Shown here piece after piece: positions 17,990-26,605 of a stretch of 64,000 nucleotides of DNA. Source of the stretch: a virus (taxonomy: Duplodnaviria > Caudoviricetes); the IMG/VR virus record IMGVR_UViG_2061766007_000924, positions 1 through 64,000 of that record. The stretch is one strand, 5' to 3'. The notes beneath the pieces were generated by a model. That model made no database searches, had not been told where the DNA came from, and worked only from the letters and a program-made list of their open reading frames with translations. Numbering within the stretch: the stretch's first letter is position 1; every line of letters starts with the position of its first letter. The position numbers and the translations under genes are program-made.

Positions 17990-18940
17990 ATGGCTACAAT
18001 CGCTACAGTGAAAGATCCGCCTATCAGGACGCTGATGGCGGTTAGTAGCTCAAGGGGCAATTCAAGCACAGAGAAGATACCGAGAAGAAAGCCAGTTTAT
18101 CCGATTTCTGCGGAGAGAGAGCTTGCAAGGGTGTTTCTTCCTGTAGCTGTCATGATAAGAAAGAAGTCGAAGCCGTACATTGACAGGCTGATGGCTGTAT
18201 ACGATGTCTGGTCACAAGAGAATGTGAGAACGGACGCGAGAATCAGCATGCAGGATGCAGCCGGGATGATTCTGGATGAGTACGGCGCAGACATACAGGG
18301 TGACTTAGACATCGAGCAAATAACAAAAGGCGTTCAGAGGACTGCAAAATATGCCAGAGGCATTTCAATCAGAGACTGGAAAAGTCTTGTGGATGATGCC
18401 TTGGGCTTTGATATAGACGAGCCTTTCTACGTGGAGCAGACGGAAGATTTGCTTAACAAGTGGGTGTATGAGAGCGTTCAACATATCACGAGTTATCCAC
18501 AGGAGTATTTAGGGAAGGTTCAGGAGGCTATCATTTGGGGGTACACAACGCACCAACCGATGGTCAACGTGTATCGAAGAATTGAGAAGCTGACAGGCGA
18601 CACAAGAGCTCACGCAAGGATGATTGCACGGGATCAGATGGGGACGCTCAATTGCAGAATGACACGATATGAGCATGAAAGCATGGGCGTTTCAAAGTAT
18701 AAGTGGGTTACAAAACACGATTTCCGAGTGAGAGAATGTCACAGGGAATTGGATGGGCATATATTTGACTGGAACAATCCTCCTGCTCAATGGTACATGA
18801 CTAAGAGTAGGGGGATTGTTTATACAGGGGAGTACGCACATCCCGGTGAAAGTTATTGTTGTCGGTGCCGTGCAGCTCCTGTGTTTGATGAAAAAATCGT
18901 AGAGGCGGCAAAGGCCAACAGAAAGTTTTATGCTGTATAG
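17990..18940 (+). CDS. Minor head protein MuF (SPP1 gp7 family), short form with no toxin extension
   Basis: RARMIARDQ-like (HARMIARDQ), YKWVT..DFRVRECH..LDG..F.W, HPGESYCCRC. Confidence 0.9.
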   Translation: MATIATVKDPPIRTLMAVSSSRGNSSTEKIPRRKPVYPISAERELARVFLPVAVMIRKKSKPYIDRLMAVYDVWSQENVRTDARISMQDAAGMILDEYGADIQGDLDIEQITKGVQRTAKYARGISIRDWKSLVDDALGFDIDEPFYVEQTEDLLNKWVYESVQHITSYPQEYLGKVQEAIIWGYTTHQPMVNVYRRIEKLTGDTRAHARMIARDQMGTLNCRMTRYEHESMGVSKYKWVTKHDFRVRECHRELDGHIFDWNNPPAQWYMTKSRGIVYTGEYAHPGESYCCRCRAAPVFDEKIVEAAKANRKFYAV

Positions 18941-18945
18941 AGAAG

Positions 18946-21900
18946 GTGATTGCCATTAAGGACTACAAAGCCATATACGAATACAGAGAAAGACGGCAAT
19001 ATAGGATTGATGGCAAGCGTCTTGATGATGAGTGGAAGACGATCAAAGGCACTCATGTCATGATAGATGATGAAGGATCTATCACAAAAGGGCCTGAGAA
19101 GCTGAGGAATCTGTCAAGTAAAAAGCCAAAAAACTTGACAGTCGGCAAAGAGATGTCTCCAATCAATTCGGACTATGTCTATGATGATGGAGACACCGAG
19201 GACGATTTCACTCATAAGAATCTCAAAAAGCTCAAGAAAATCTATGATGAGCAGGGCATGGATGCTGTTCATGATGAATGGTACAAGTTCAGAATGGCAG
19301 ACAGCACCAAGGATATACACCAGATAAGCAAAGACGAGGCGGACGAGATCATGTATGATAACGTCCGTCAAAGCATTTATGATGGCTGGTTTCGAGCAGC
19401 AGACAGTTCTTACAAGCCGCAGTTGACGGATGCAATTGTAAAGAATCCAGAGATGCGGAACGCAGCTCTGAATTTGGCTTATGAGAACTACAGGAACAAC
19501 ACTGAAAATCCGTTGCCTTTTGAAGAGTTTCTGGTAACACCTATTAAGATGTACAGAGGCGAAAAGGGTCAAAAGCATGTCGAAGATGACATTTTCGATG
19601 CCTACACCTTTGATCCTAAGATGGCAAGGCATTTTGCAGGTGACAATGGCACTGTAACTGAGACTGAGGTAAGGCCGATTGACACTTACGGAAGCATGAG
19701 GGCGGTTGGCGAGGCTGAGATATGGGTGCCGAGACAGCTTTCTCCTGTTGGCTACAAGGGCGACTCCAGAGAGGACGGTATCACTTGGGAGAGGTTCGAT
19801 CCTCAGAAGTGGGCTCTTGAAGACTACAAGGAAGAGGATGACGGCTGCGAGGATCTGCTTGAATCTATCATTCAGGAAGCTGAGATGGTCAAGCTGTTTG
19901 ACGGCAGCAGCAAGGAATCTGACAGACTGACGATGCAGAGATGCATTGAGAGCATTCAGATCATGGCCTTGCAGCTGACAGCGAAGCTTAGGCCAAAGCA
20001 TGAAGACAGCGCTTTCTTCGCTGGAGAGTTGAACAGCAATCTTGGTGAGAGAAACATTCTTTATCCAGAAGTACAGGCATTCAGAGAGCGCAGACAAAAG
20101 AGACTGGATGCAAAGAGTGACGAAGATGAAGGGCGCTGGGTAACGACAGAGGAAAAGCATAAAGTTCATATCAACGAAGAGGGAGTACCGGACAAGGGAA
20201 ATCCTCATGTAATAGCAGCAATGAAGGGTGAGGGCAAGAATCCAAAAACAAGAGCCGAGGTTATAACCGCAAGAGTTAAGAAAAAGTCGGCGGCTATAAA
20301 GGAACTTGTCAAGAGAGTCAACGAGAAAAATGAAGCTCATGAAAAAGCAATAGACGAAAAAAGCGAAGCAGACAAGGAACTGAGAAATGCCAAAAGAGGG
20401 CTCAGACGAGTTAAATCCAAAAAAGACTTTATCAAAGGGCTTGGATATAAAGAGGGCGATAAGAATAAAATGCTTAGAGATTCCGATGATTTGCAAATTC
20501 AGATGGACAAGCTAAGAGACAGTCGGCCCGTTTATAGACTTAGCGATGAAGAAAAGGCCAAATACACAGAGCTTGAGAGCAGAAAGAATCAAGTAGATTA
20601 TGCGGCAGGTGTATATGATGATTGCTTTGGGCCAGACGCTTTTACAAGAGAAAAGGTGGCGCAAGCACGGGAACGGTCAGCGGCTGCTGACAAAAAGATG
20701 AGGCAAGCTGAGAAGGAGTATCGTCAGGCGAGAAAAGAGCTCAAGCAAAAGGCGAAGAACGGAGATATAAACAAAGCGCGATTGTACACAGATGAAGAGA
20801 GAGCGTCTGAGATCAAAAAAGTTGTTGAATCGCCACAATGGGGAGACTTAAGCCAAGAGCAGAGAGACAAAGCTATGGCGGCTATCAACGGAGCGTCTGA
20901 TGCAGAAATACAGCTGTTAAGCAGGACGTTTGATAAAGTAAGATTCAACGACAGCTACGGAGCAACGACAATAGGCGGCTCAACGGCTTGGTACACTCCA
21001 AGAACAGGGGCAATCACGTTGTCACAAGAGGACATGGGAAAGCCAAAAACAGTGTGGCACGAATTTGGGCATTTCTTGGACGATGCAGAGGTTAGTGGCT
21101 GTGACGCTGGAGAAACGAGGCTGATGGGGTCAACATACAAAGACACCTTGTCACATCGAGTCTCAAGTGATAAAATATTGCACAGTGAAAAAGCGGCTGC
21201 GGATATGCAAAAGCTGTTGGATGAAGAAGCTCCCGGAAAGTATCGAATTGAGTCTTCCAACGGCAACATGCTTCGCGTCTTCGATGTTGAAAAGGGTGAA
21301 TATGTGGATGCTTCGGAAGATATGTCATATGACTATTATCTATCTGAGGTAACATGCAGACATTTTCATGAATTCACCTTTAGGGACAAGGAATATGATG
21401 ATTATTTAAGGTCTATTGGTTATCCTTTGGATAGTGAAATGCCGAAATACAGTGATTTCATGGAGACATATACGACTCCAAAGCGCAAATTGGAAAGAGA
21501 AAGAGAAAAGTATCCGGGTGCGAAAAAAGAGTACATGAACAAAATGAGCAAATTCCATTTGCAAAGGAATCAAGCGATAGACAAGAATTTGGAAGAGTAC
21601 AGAAGACAGACTAAAGCATATGACGATAGGTGCACAGAGAGGGGAAATCAAGTTGGAGCAATATCGGACATTATGTGCGGTATGATGCGAGGAAAAGGGG
21701 CATGGATATACGGATGCCACAAGGAAGATTATTATAGCATTATGGATGCACCTGCTAAAGAAGCTGTCGCACATTATCATCAAATGAGAGTCATGGGAAG
21801 CAAGTATGGGATGGAGCTTCTGAATAGTTTGCTGCCGAGCGTGGCGCATGGGCTGGAAGAGGCTTACAATGAATGGCTGTGGAGGAATGTAGATGTATAA
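18946..21900 (+). CDS. Effector 7: tandem [leader + adaptor B + ART-like domain]-[leader + adaptor B + coiled coil + HExxH metallopeptidase]
   Basis: YRERRQYRIDG/RLDD, WKTIKGTHVMIDDEG; MYRG..AYT..A..F..GEAEIWV; internal FRERRQKRLDA + GRWVTTEEKHKVHINEEG..GNP; VWHEFGHFLD. Confidence 0.7.
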   Translation: MIAIKDYKAIYEYRERRQYRIDGKRLDDEWKTIKGTHVMIDDEGSITKGPEKLRNLSSKKPKNLTVGKEMSPINSDYVYDDGDTEDDFTHKNLKKLKKIYDEQGMDAVHDEWYKFRMADSTKDIHQISKDEADEIMYDNVRQSIYDGWFRAADSSYKPQLTDAIVKNPEMRNAALNLAYENYRNNTENPLPFEEFLVTPIKMYRGEKGQKHVEDDIFDAYTFDPKMARHFAGDNGTVTETEVRPIDTYGSMRAVGEAEIWVPRQLSPVGYKGDSREDGITWERFDPQKWALEDYKEEDDGCEDLLESIIQEAEMVKLFDGSSKESDRLTMQRCIESIQIMALQLTAKLRPKHEDSAFFAGELNSNLGERNILYPEVQAFRERRQKRLDAKSDEDEGRWVTTEEKHKVHINEEGVPDKGNPHVIAAMKGEGKNPKTRAEVITARVKKKSAAIKELVKRVNEKNEAHEKAIDEKSEADKELRNAKRGLRRVKSKKDFIKGLGYKEGDKNKMLRDSDDLQIQMDKLRDSRPVYRLSDEEKAKYTELESRKNQVDYAAGVYDDCFGPDAFTREKVAQARERSAAADKKMRQAEKEYRQARKELKQKAKNGDINKARLYTDEERASEIKKVVESPQWGDLSQEQRDKAMAAINGASDAEIQLLSRTFDKVRFNDSYGATTIGGSTAWYTPRTGAITLSQEDMGKPKTVWHEFGHFLDDAEVSGCDAGETRLMGSTYKDTLSHRVSSDKILHSEKAAADMQKLLDEEAPGKYRIESSNGNMLRVFDVEKGEYVDASEDMSYDYYLSEVTCRHFHEFTFRDKEYDDYLRSIGYPLDSEMPKYSDFMETYTTPKRKLEREREKYPGAKKEYMNKMSKFHLQRNQAIDKNLEEYRRQTKAYDDRCTERGNQVGAISDIMCGMMRGKGAWIYGCHKEDYYSIMDAPAKEAVAHYHQMRVMGSKYGMELLNSLLPSVAHGLEEAYNEWLWRNVDV

Positions 21901-22207
21901 GGATACGTTCAAGCTCAATCAAGAGCTTGTTGAGCTCTTGAATGATGGGTTTTTTGATGATATAGAGTTCAAAATGTGCGTAGGCAAAGACGGAAAGCTC
22001 GATTTTGATGGATTGCTGAGTTTCTGGATTGGCTTGGGCGGAAGAAAGTATACAATGAAGTATCTTTTGAAGTATGGCGGGTTGGGGTCGCCTTGGGTTC
22101 AATATGATAACAGAGACGAGGATGAAAAAAAGTACAAGAAACTGATTGAGGAAAACAAGACTTGGGAAGAGGCGTATGGAAAGCCGCCCAAGGATGTGCT
22201 TTTGTAG
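21893..22207 (+). CDS. Candidate immunity protein for effector 7
   Basis: 104 aa, overlaps the effector stop, followed by a terminator. Confidence 0.55.
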   Translation: MYKDTFKLNQELVELLNDGFFDDIEFKMCVGKDGKLDFDGLLSFWIGLGGRKYTMKYLLKYGGLGSPWVQYDNRDEDEKKYKKLIEENKTWEEAYGKPPKDVLL

Positions 22208-22225
22208 AAGCCAATATTGTAAAGC

Positions 22226-22258
22226 AGCATCGTGCAGATAATAGCACGGTGCTTTTTT
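22226..22258 (+). terminator. Intrinsic terminator
   Basis: AGCATCGTGC-loop-GCACGGTGCT followed by TTTTT. Confidence 0.7.
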
Positions 22259-22358
22259 AATAGATTGATGTTGCTAAATAGCGAAAATATTGCGCTATAC
22301 AGGAAAATAATCGTTGTATTACCCATGTCACAGCGTTAAAATTAGCCGAGGTGATTAT

Positions 22359-23012
22359 ATGGGAAGATACATTGATTTAACGGGAAAGCAGTATGGACGC
22401 TTAACAGTCTTGTACAGGACACAAGACCACATTTCAAAATCTGGAAGACCTGCTGTTGTGTTTCATTGCAGATGTACATGTGGAAAAGAATGTGACGTAA
22501 TGAAGTTGGCGTTGGTTAAGGGATATACGAAGTCATGTGGATGCTTGAGATCGGAAGAAACAAAGAAGAGGCGTACAAAAAGAGACGATATATCCAGAAA
22601 ACTGAGAATTATTTATAGGCACATGTGCGAAAGGTGCTATGACGAAGCAGATAAAAGGTATGAAAGATATGGCGGAAGAGGCATTGCAATTTGCGATGAA
22701 TGGATTGAGGAAGATGGAATGGAGAGGTTTATAGAGTGGGCGAGAAATAACGGGTACTCTATTGGACTGACAATAGATAGAATAGATAACAATGGAAACT
22801 ACAGTCCTACAAATTGCAGATGGACAACGCCAAAAGAACAATCAAACAACAGGTCAACGAACACAATGCTTACTGTCGATGGGACAACAAAGACAATAGC
22901 ACAATGGCTGGACTTCTTGGGAGTAAAATCTACAAGGCTTTACTATTACGATGAAGACAGAAAAGTCGAATTCGTAAGAGAAAAAATAAAGCAAAAAAAT
23001 TTAATAGATTAA
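22359..23012 (+). CDS. Free-standing HNH-like homing endonuclease
   Basis: DLTGKQYGRLTV, CRCTCG, TKSCGC, YGGRGIAICDEW, TIDRIDNNGNYSPTNCRW; own promoter (TTGTAT-17-TAAAAT, 22314-22342). Confidence 0.85.
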   Translation: MGRYIDLTGKQYGRLTVLYRTQDHISKSGRPAVVFHCRCTCGKECDVMKLALVKGYTKSCGCLRSEETKKRRTKRDDISRKLRIIYRHMCERCYDEADKRYERYGGRGIAICDEWIEEDGMERFIEWARNNGYSIGLTIDRIDNNGNYSPTNCRWTTPKEQSNNRSTNTMLTVDGTTKTIAQWLDFLGVKSTRLYYYDEDRKVEFVREKIKQKNLID

Positions 23013-23034
23013 GGGCACGAAAGTGCCCTTTTTT
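23011..23034 (+). terminator. Intrinsic terminator
   Basis: AAGGGCAC-GAAA-GTGCCCTT-TTTT. Confidence 0.8.
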
Positions 23035-23059
23035 CTATGCCAAAAAGAGGGGATGAAAA

Positions 23060-24619
23060 ATGGAGATTAGAGATGCGCCTAAACTCGTGAAAGTAACGAG
23101 GCTTGATAGTATGCCGATGCCAAGGGCATATTTCACACCGGAAGGATATCTGAAAGATAAGCCCGTGCTCACGTCTACGGGAATATTCGAGTATGCAAAT
23201 CCTGATGGAAGTATAAGGCGCGAACTAAGGCTTCCCGAGGATGTTTTCGATCCTAAAAGTCTCAAGAGCTATCTGGGGAAACCAATAGTGGTGACTCATG
23301 ATGCCGGGCTGATTGACAAAGACAACGTGGCAGAGAATCAGATTGGCACTATCTTGAGCGAAGGGGAAAGAAAAGGAAATGATGTTGTCGCTTCTATAAT
23401 CATTCACGACACTGAAGCTATGAAGGATGCAGGGTACAAAGAATTAAGCCTTGGATACAACTTGGATCTGGACGAGACTCCGGGCGAATGGCAGGGGCAA
23501 CATTATGATGCGCGGCAGCGTAACATAGTTATCAACCATTTGGCTCTTGTGCGTGAGGCAAGGGCTGGAGAACAGGCACGGCTGAATATGGACGGTCGTG
23601 ACAAAAACACACTTATAGGGGGTAAAAAAATGAGCAAGAAACTCACCAAGACTCGTCATGGTGACTCTGTTCTTTCTCAGGAAGAGTTTGAGAAAGCCAT
23701 TGACGAGTACAAGATGCGTAAGGCCCAGCGTGAGAAGACTGACGCTGATGATGTTGTTGAGGAAGAGGCCGTTGAGGAAGTCAAGGATCGCAACCCCAAG
23801 GACATTGAGGCGCAGCTTGCCGAAGTCAAGGCCAGACGTGACCGCCGTGACGAGGCTGGAGATCCTGAGGACATGGAAGACGCAATGAGCGTCATTGCCC
23901 ATCAGGACGAGGACATCGACATTCTGTATGACATCATTGACACACTGCTTGCAAAGCAGGATTTCGATGCGGCTGACGAGGAAGAGGAAGTCACTGCCGA
24001 GGAGGAAGTCATTGATGACGAGGACGAGAACCTTGATGAAATTGATGATCTGAACAAGCTCAAGGACAACAAGGCCAAGGCTGACGCTGACGATGATGAA
24101 GCGTTTGTTGAGGAAGAGGAAGTCAAGGAAGATGCCGATGACATCGAGGATGTCGAGGACGAAGAGATGGTAGATGAGGAAGAGGAAGTCAAGGAAGACG
24201 CTGACGATACCGAGGAAGAGGTTGTCGAGGATAAGGAAGAGTGGGAAGAGGACGGAGATGACTGCGGCACCAAGAAGGAGCGCATGGACTCCGCTATCAG
24301 CCGTTCTGTTCGCAATCACCTGATCATGGGCAACATCGGTCGGCAGGTCGGTCTGAACAATCTTGAGATGAAGGATATTCGCGATGCGAAGATTGCCATT
24401 ATCAAGAAGGTTCGTCCCGACATGCGTCTGGATGGCAAGTCCAATGCGTACATCAACGGCGCTTTTGAGAGTGCCCGTAAGGCTATCAAGGCGAAGAAGG
24501 TCAAGGACACTTCCTACCAGAAGCGTCAGATGTTCAACAAGGATTCTCGCGATGTAGTAGAAAAAAACACTGCTGAGAGTGCTCGTGACCGCATGATCAA
24601 GAGACTCTACAAGAAGTAA
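23060..24619 (+). CDS. Prohead protease/scaffold (DUF2213-type) with a long acidic scaffold region
   Basis: TPEGYL, RRELRLPEDVF, KELSLGY, NHLALVREARAG; located before the decoration and capsid genes. Confidence 0.85.
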   Translation: MEIRDAPKLVKVTRLDSMPMPRAYFTPEGYLKDKPVLTSTGIFEYANPDGSIRRELRLPEDVFDPKSLKSYLGKPIVVTHDAGLIDKDNVAENQIGTILSEGERKGNDVVASIIIHDTEAMKDAGYKELSLGYNLDLDETPGEWQGQHYDARQRNIVINHLALVREARAGEQARLNMDGRDKNTLIGGKKMSKKLTKTRHGDSVLSQEEFEKAIDEYKMRKAQREKTDADDVVEEEAVEEVKDRNPKDIEAQLAEVKARRDRRDEAGDPEDMEDAMSVIAHQDEDIDILYDIIDTLLAKQDFDAADEEEEVTAEEEVIDDEDENLDEIDDLNKLKDNKAKADADDDEAFVEEEEVKEDADDIEDVEDEEMVDEEEEVKEDADDTEEEVVEDKEEWEEDGDDCGTKKERMDSAISRSVRNHLIMGNIGRQVGLNNLEMKDIRDAKIAIIKKVRPDMRLDGKSNAYINGAFESARKAIKAKKVKDTSYQKRQMFNKDSRDVVEKNTAESARDRMIKRLYKK

Positions 24620-24633
24620 GGGAGGAAAGAAAA

Positions 24634-25134
24634 ATGCAGCTTAACTACAACTACAATACTACTATTGGAGCCGCTGGCGGTATCGTTGATCTGGCTCCGC
24701 ACTACGTTCGTTCTTTCATCAATGAGGCCGCAAATGGCGCTATGCTGTTCGGCATGGGTGTCACTGCTGGCACTCTGGCTGGTCAGGGCGTTAAGGTTCC
24801 TGCCACTGCCGACACTGCTGGCAAGTTCGAGGGCATTGTCACCAATCGCCGCACCACCGAGCTCAACCTTGAGGGTGGTCTGACTCTGCGCAACAAGTGC
24901 GCTCTTGGTGTCATGCAGTACGGTGTCATTTATGGCCTCGTGGCTGATGACATCACACCCGCCTACGGCGATGCGACTTATCTTATCACCAGTGGTGATG
25001 AGGCTGGTTATTTCACCAACGCGGCTGCTGGGCAGGGTGACACATTTACGACTGTCGCCGTCAAGGGCCGTTTCGTGAGCACTGTCAGTGACGGCGTTGC
25101 CGCCATTGAGCTCTACAATCAGGCTCAGGCTTGA
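24634..25134 (+). CDS. Head decoration/cement protein
   Basis: Ala/Gly-rich 166-aa protein (FGMGV) between scaffold and MCP; strongly biased codon usage. Confidence 0.7.
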   Translation: MQLNYNYNTTIGAAGGIVDLAPHYVRSFINEAANGAMLFGMGVTAGTLAGQGVKVPATADTAGKFEGIVTNRRTTELNLEGGLTLRNKCALGVMQYGVIYGLVADDITPAYGDATYLITSGDEAGYFTNAAAGQGDTFTTVAVKGRFVSTVSDGVAAIELYNQAQA

Positions 25135-25162
25135 TTGAGTTCACAAGAAGGAGGATAAGTTA

Positions 25163-26194
25163 ATGAAAAACAACACTGCTTACAAGGCCGACTATAAGGC
25201 CATTCGCAATTCTGCTATTCCTGCTGCTGTTATGCAGTCTGGACTGACTCACTTCGACAGTGCCGATGAGGTTTCCGCTTTCTTTGCGAGAGAGCTGGAT
25301 TACGTCAAGGCCAAGAGCTATGACAAGCTCTATCCTCAGTTCACCGCCATGAATCTGTTCCCCATCTCTTCCGAGGCAGATCCCGGCGCTGAGACTGTCA
25401 CCTACTACACCTACGACCGCGAGGGTTTTGCGAAGGTCATTGACAACTACAGCGATGACCTGCCCCGTGCCGATGTCAACGGCAAGCCCAACATTGCTCA
25501 GGTCAAGTCTCTGGGCGCTTCCTACGGCTACTCCGCTCAGGAGATGCGCGCAAGCCGCATGGCTGGCAAGTCTCTGGATGCTCGTAAGGCCGAGTCCGCT
25601 CGTTACCAGATCGACAACCTGAACAACAAGATTGCTTGGAGGGGCGATGCCGCCTCTGGTCTGATGGGCGTTCTTTCTGCTGGACAGAATGTTCCCACCT
25701 ACTCCATCACTGCGGGTGCTACTTCCAACAAGACCAAGTGGACTGAGAAGACCGCTGACGAGATCCTTGCTGATGTCAACGGCATGGCTGCTCAGGTGTC
25801 CCGTGTCACTAAGGACGTTGAGCGTCCCGACACTCTTTGCGTTCCCAACGATGTCTTCATGGACATCTCCACTCGTCAGCTGCCCAACACTGCTGTCACT
25901 GTGAAGAAGTTCATCCTTGACAATGCTCCTTATCTCAAGGACATCGTTTCCACTCCTGAGCTGAATCCTGATTCCGTTGAGACGAATCCCTATGCTCTTT
26001 CCAGCGGCGGTCAGGGCGTTGCGTTCCTGTTCACCAACAGCGCGGATAAGATGTCTCTGGAGAATCCGATGCCGTTCATGCAGTACCCTGTGCAGCCCCA
26101 CAATCTTGAGACTGTGGTGCCTTGCGAGGCTCGTACCGCTGGCGTTATCTTCTACTATCCTCTGTCTGCGCTGATTGCTGTCGGCGTGTCCTGA
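25163..26194 (+). CDS. Major capsid protein (DUF2184-type)
   Basis: FFARELDYV, SDDLPRADV, YGYSAQEM, GDAASGLMG, GVIFYYP; highly biased codons; followed by a terminator. Confidence 0.9.
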   Translation: MKNNTAYKADYKAIRNSAIPAAVMQSGLTHFDSADEVSAFFARELDYVKAKSYDKLYPQFTAMNLFPISSEADPGAETVTYYTYDREGFAKVIDNYSDDLPRADVNGKPNIAQVKSLGASYGYSAQEMRASRMAGKSLDARKAESARYQIDNLNNKIAWRGDAASGLMGVLSAGQNVPTYSITAGATSNKTKWTEKTADEILADVNGMAAQVSRVTKDVERPDTLCVPNDVFMDISTRQLPNTAVTVKKFILDNAPYLKDIVSTPELNPDSVETNPYALSSGGQGVAFLFTNSADKMSLENPMPFMQYPVQPHNLETVVPCEARTAGVIFYYPLSALIAVGVS

Positions 26195-26216
26195 TAGTAG
26201 GAAAACCTAATAGGCT

Positions 26217-26244
26217 GGCAGGGACATAAATGTCCCTGCCTTTT
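26217..26244 (+). terminator. Intrinsic terminator after MCP
   Basis: GGCAGGGACA-TAAA-TGTCCCTGCC-TTTT. Confidence 0.85.
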
Positions 26245-26275
26245 AACATGTAGATGATATGGAGGTCAAATACCA

Positions 26276-26590
26276 ATGGTCACTATTTACAACAAGTCCA
26301 AGAAGCCTATCGGCGTAGGAAAGCAGTTCTGTCTCCCCGGCGATGAGATGCAGGTTCAGGACAAAGATGCCTACTGCGAAATCTTTGACGAATACGGCAA
26401 GCCAACCGGAAAGAAGCAGATTCTTCCGGGGCTGCAAGCCATTGAGAGGCAGGGTTTTATCACAATCACGGAGCAGAAAGCCGCGAAGGTGGAGCCTGTC
26501 GCTGAAAAGGCTGCGGAGACTCCTGCCGCCGCAGAGGCTGTTCCTGAGAAGAAGACCCGCACCAGAAAGAGCAAAGCAAAAGACGAGTAA
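26276..26590 (+). CDS. Hypothetical head-associated protein
   Basis: GGAGG RBS; usual small gene after the MCP. Confidence 0.65.
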   Translation: MVTIYNKSKKPIGVGKQFCLPGDEMQVQDKDAYCEIFDEYGKPTGKKQILPGLQAIERQGFITITEQKAAKVEPVAEKAAETPAAAEAVPEKKTRTRKSKAKDE

Positions 26591-26605
26591 CAAGGAGGAA
26601 TCGCC

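Noticed and set aside
17990-18940. MuF toxin fusion
   Set aside because: MuF ends about 20 aa after the CRC motif, and the next ORF is in a different frame with its own leader.
23980-24260. Acidic GAGGAAGAGGAAGTC repeats as a DNA-mimic gene or tandem-repeat element
   Set aside because: In-frame low-complexity part of the scaffold protein.
10206-26101. Long minus-strand ORFs (10206-11336, 19114-20496, 23444-24319, 25160-26101; also 41729-42685 and 46225-47082)
   Set aside because: Antisense shadows of well-supported + strand genes with biased codon usage; no recognisable motifs.
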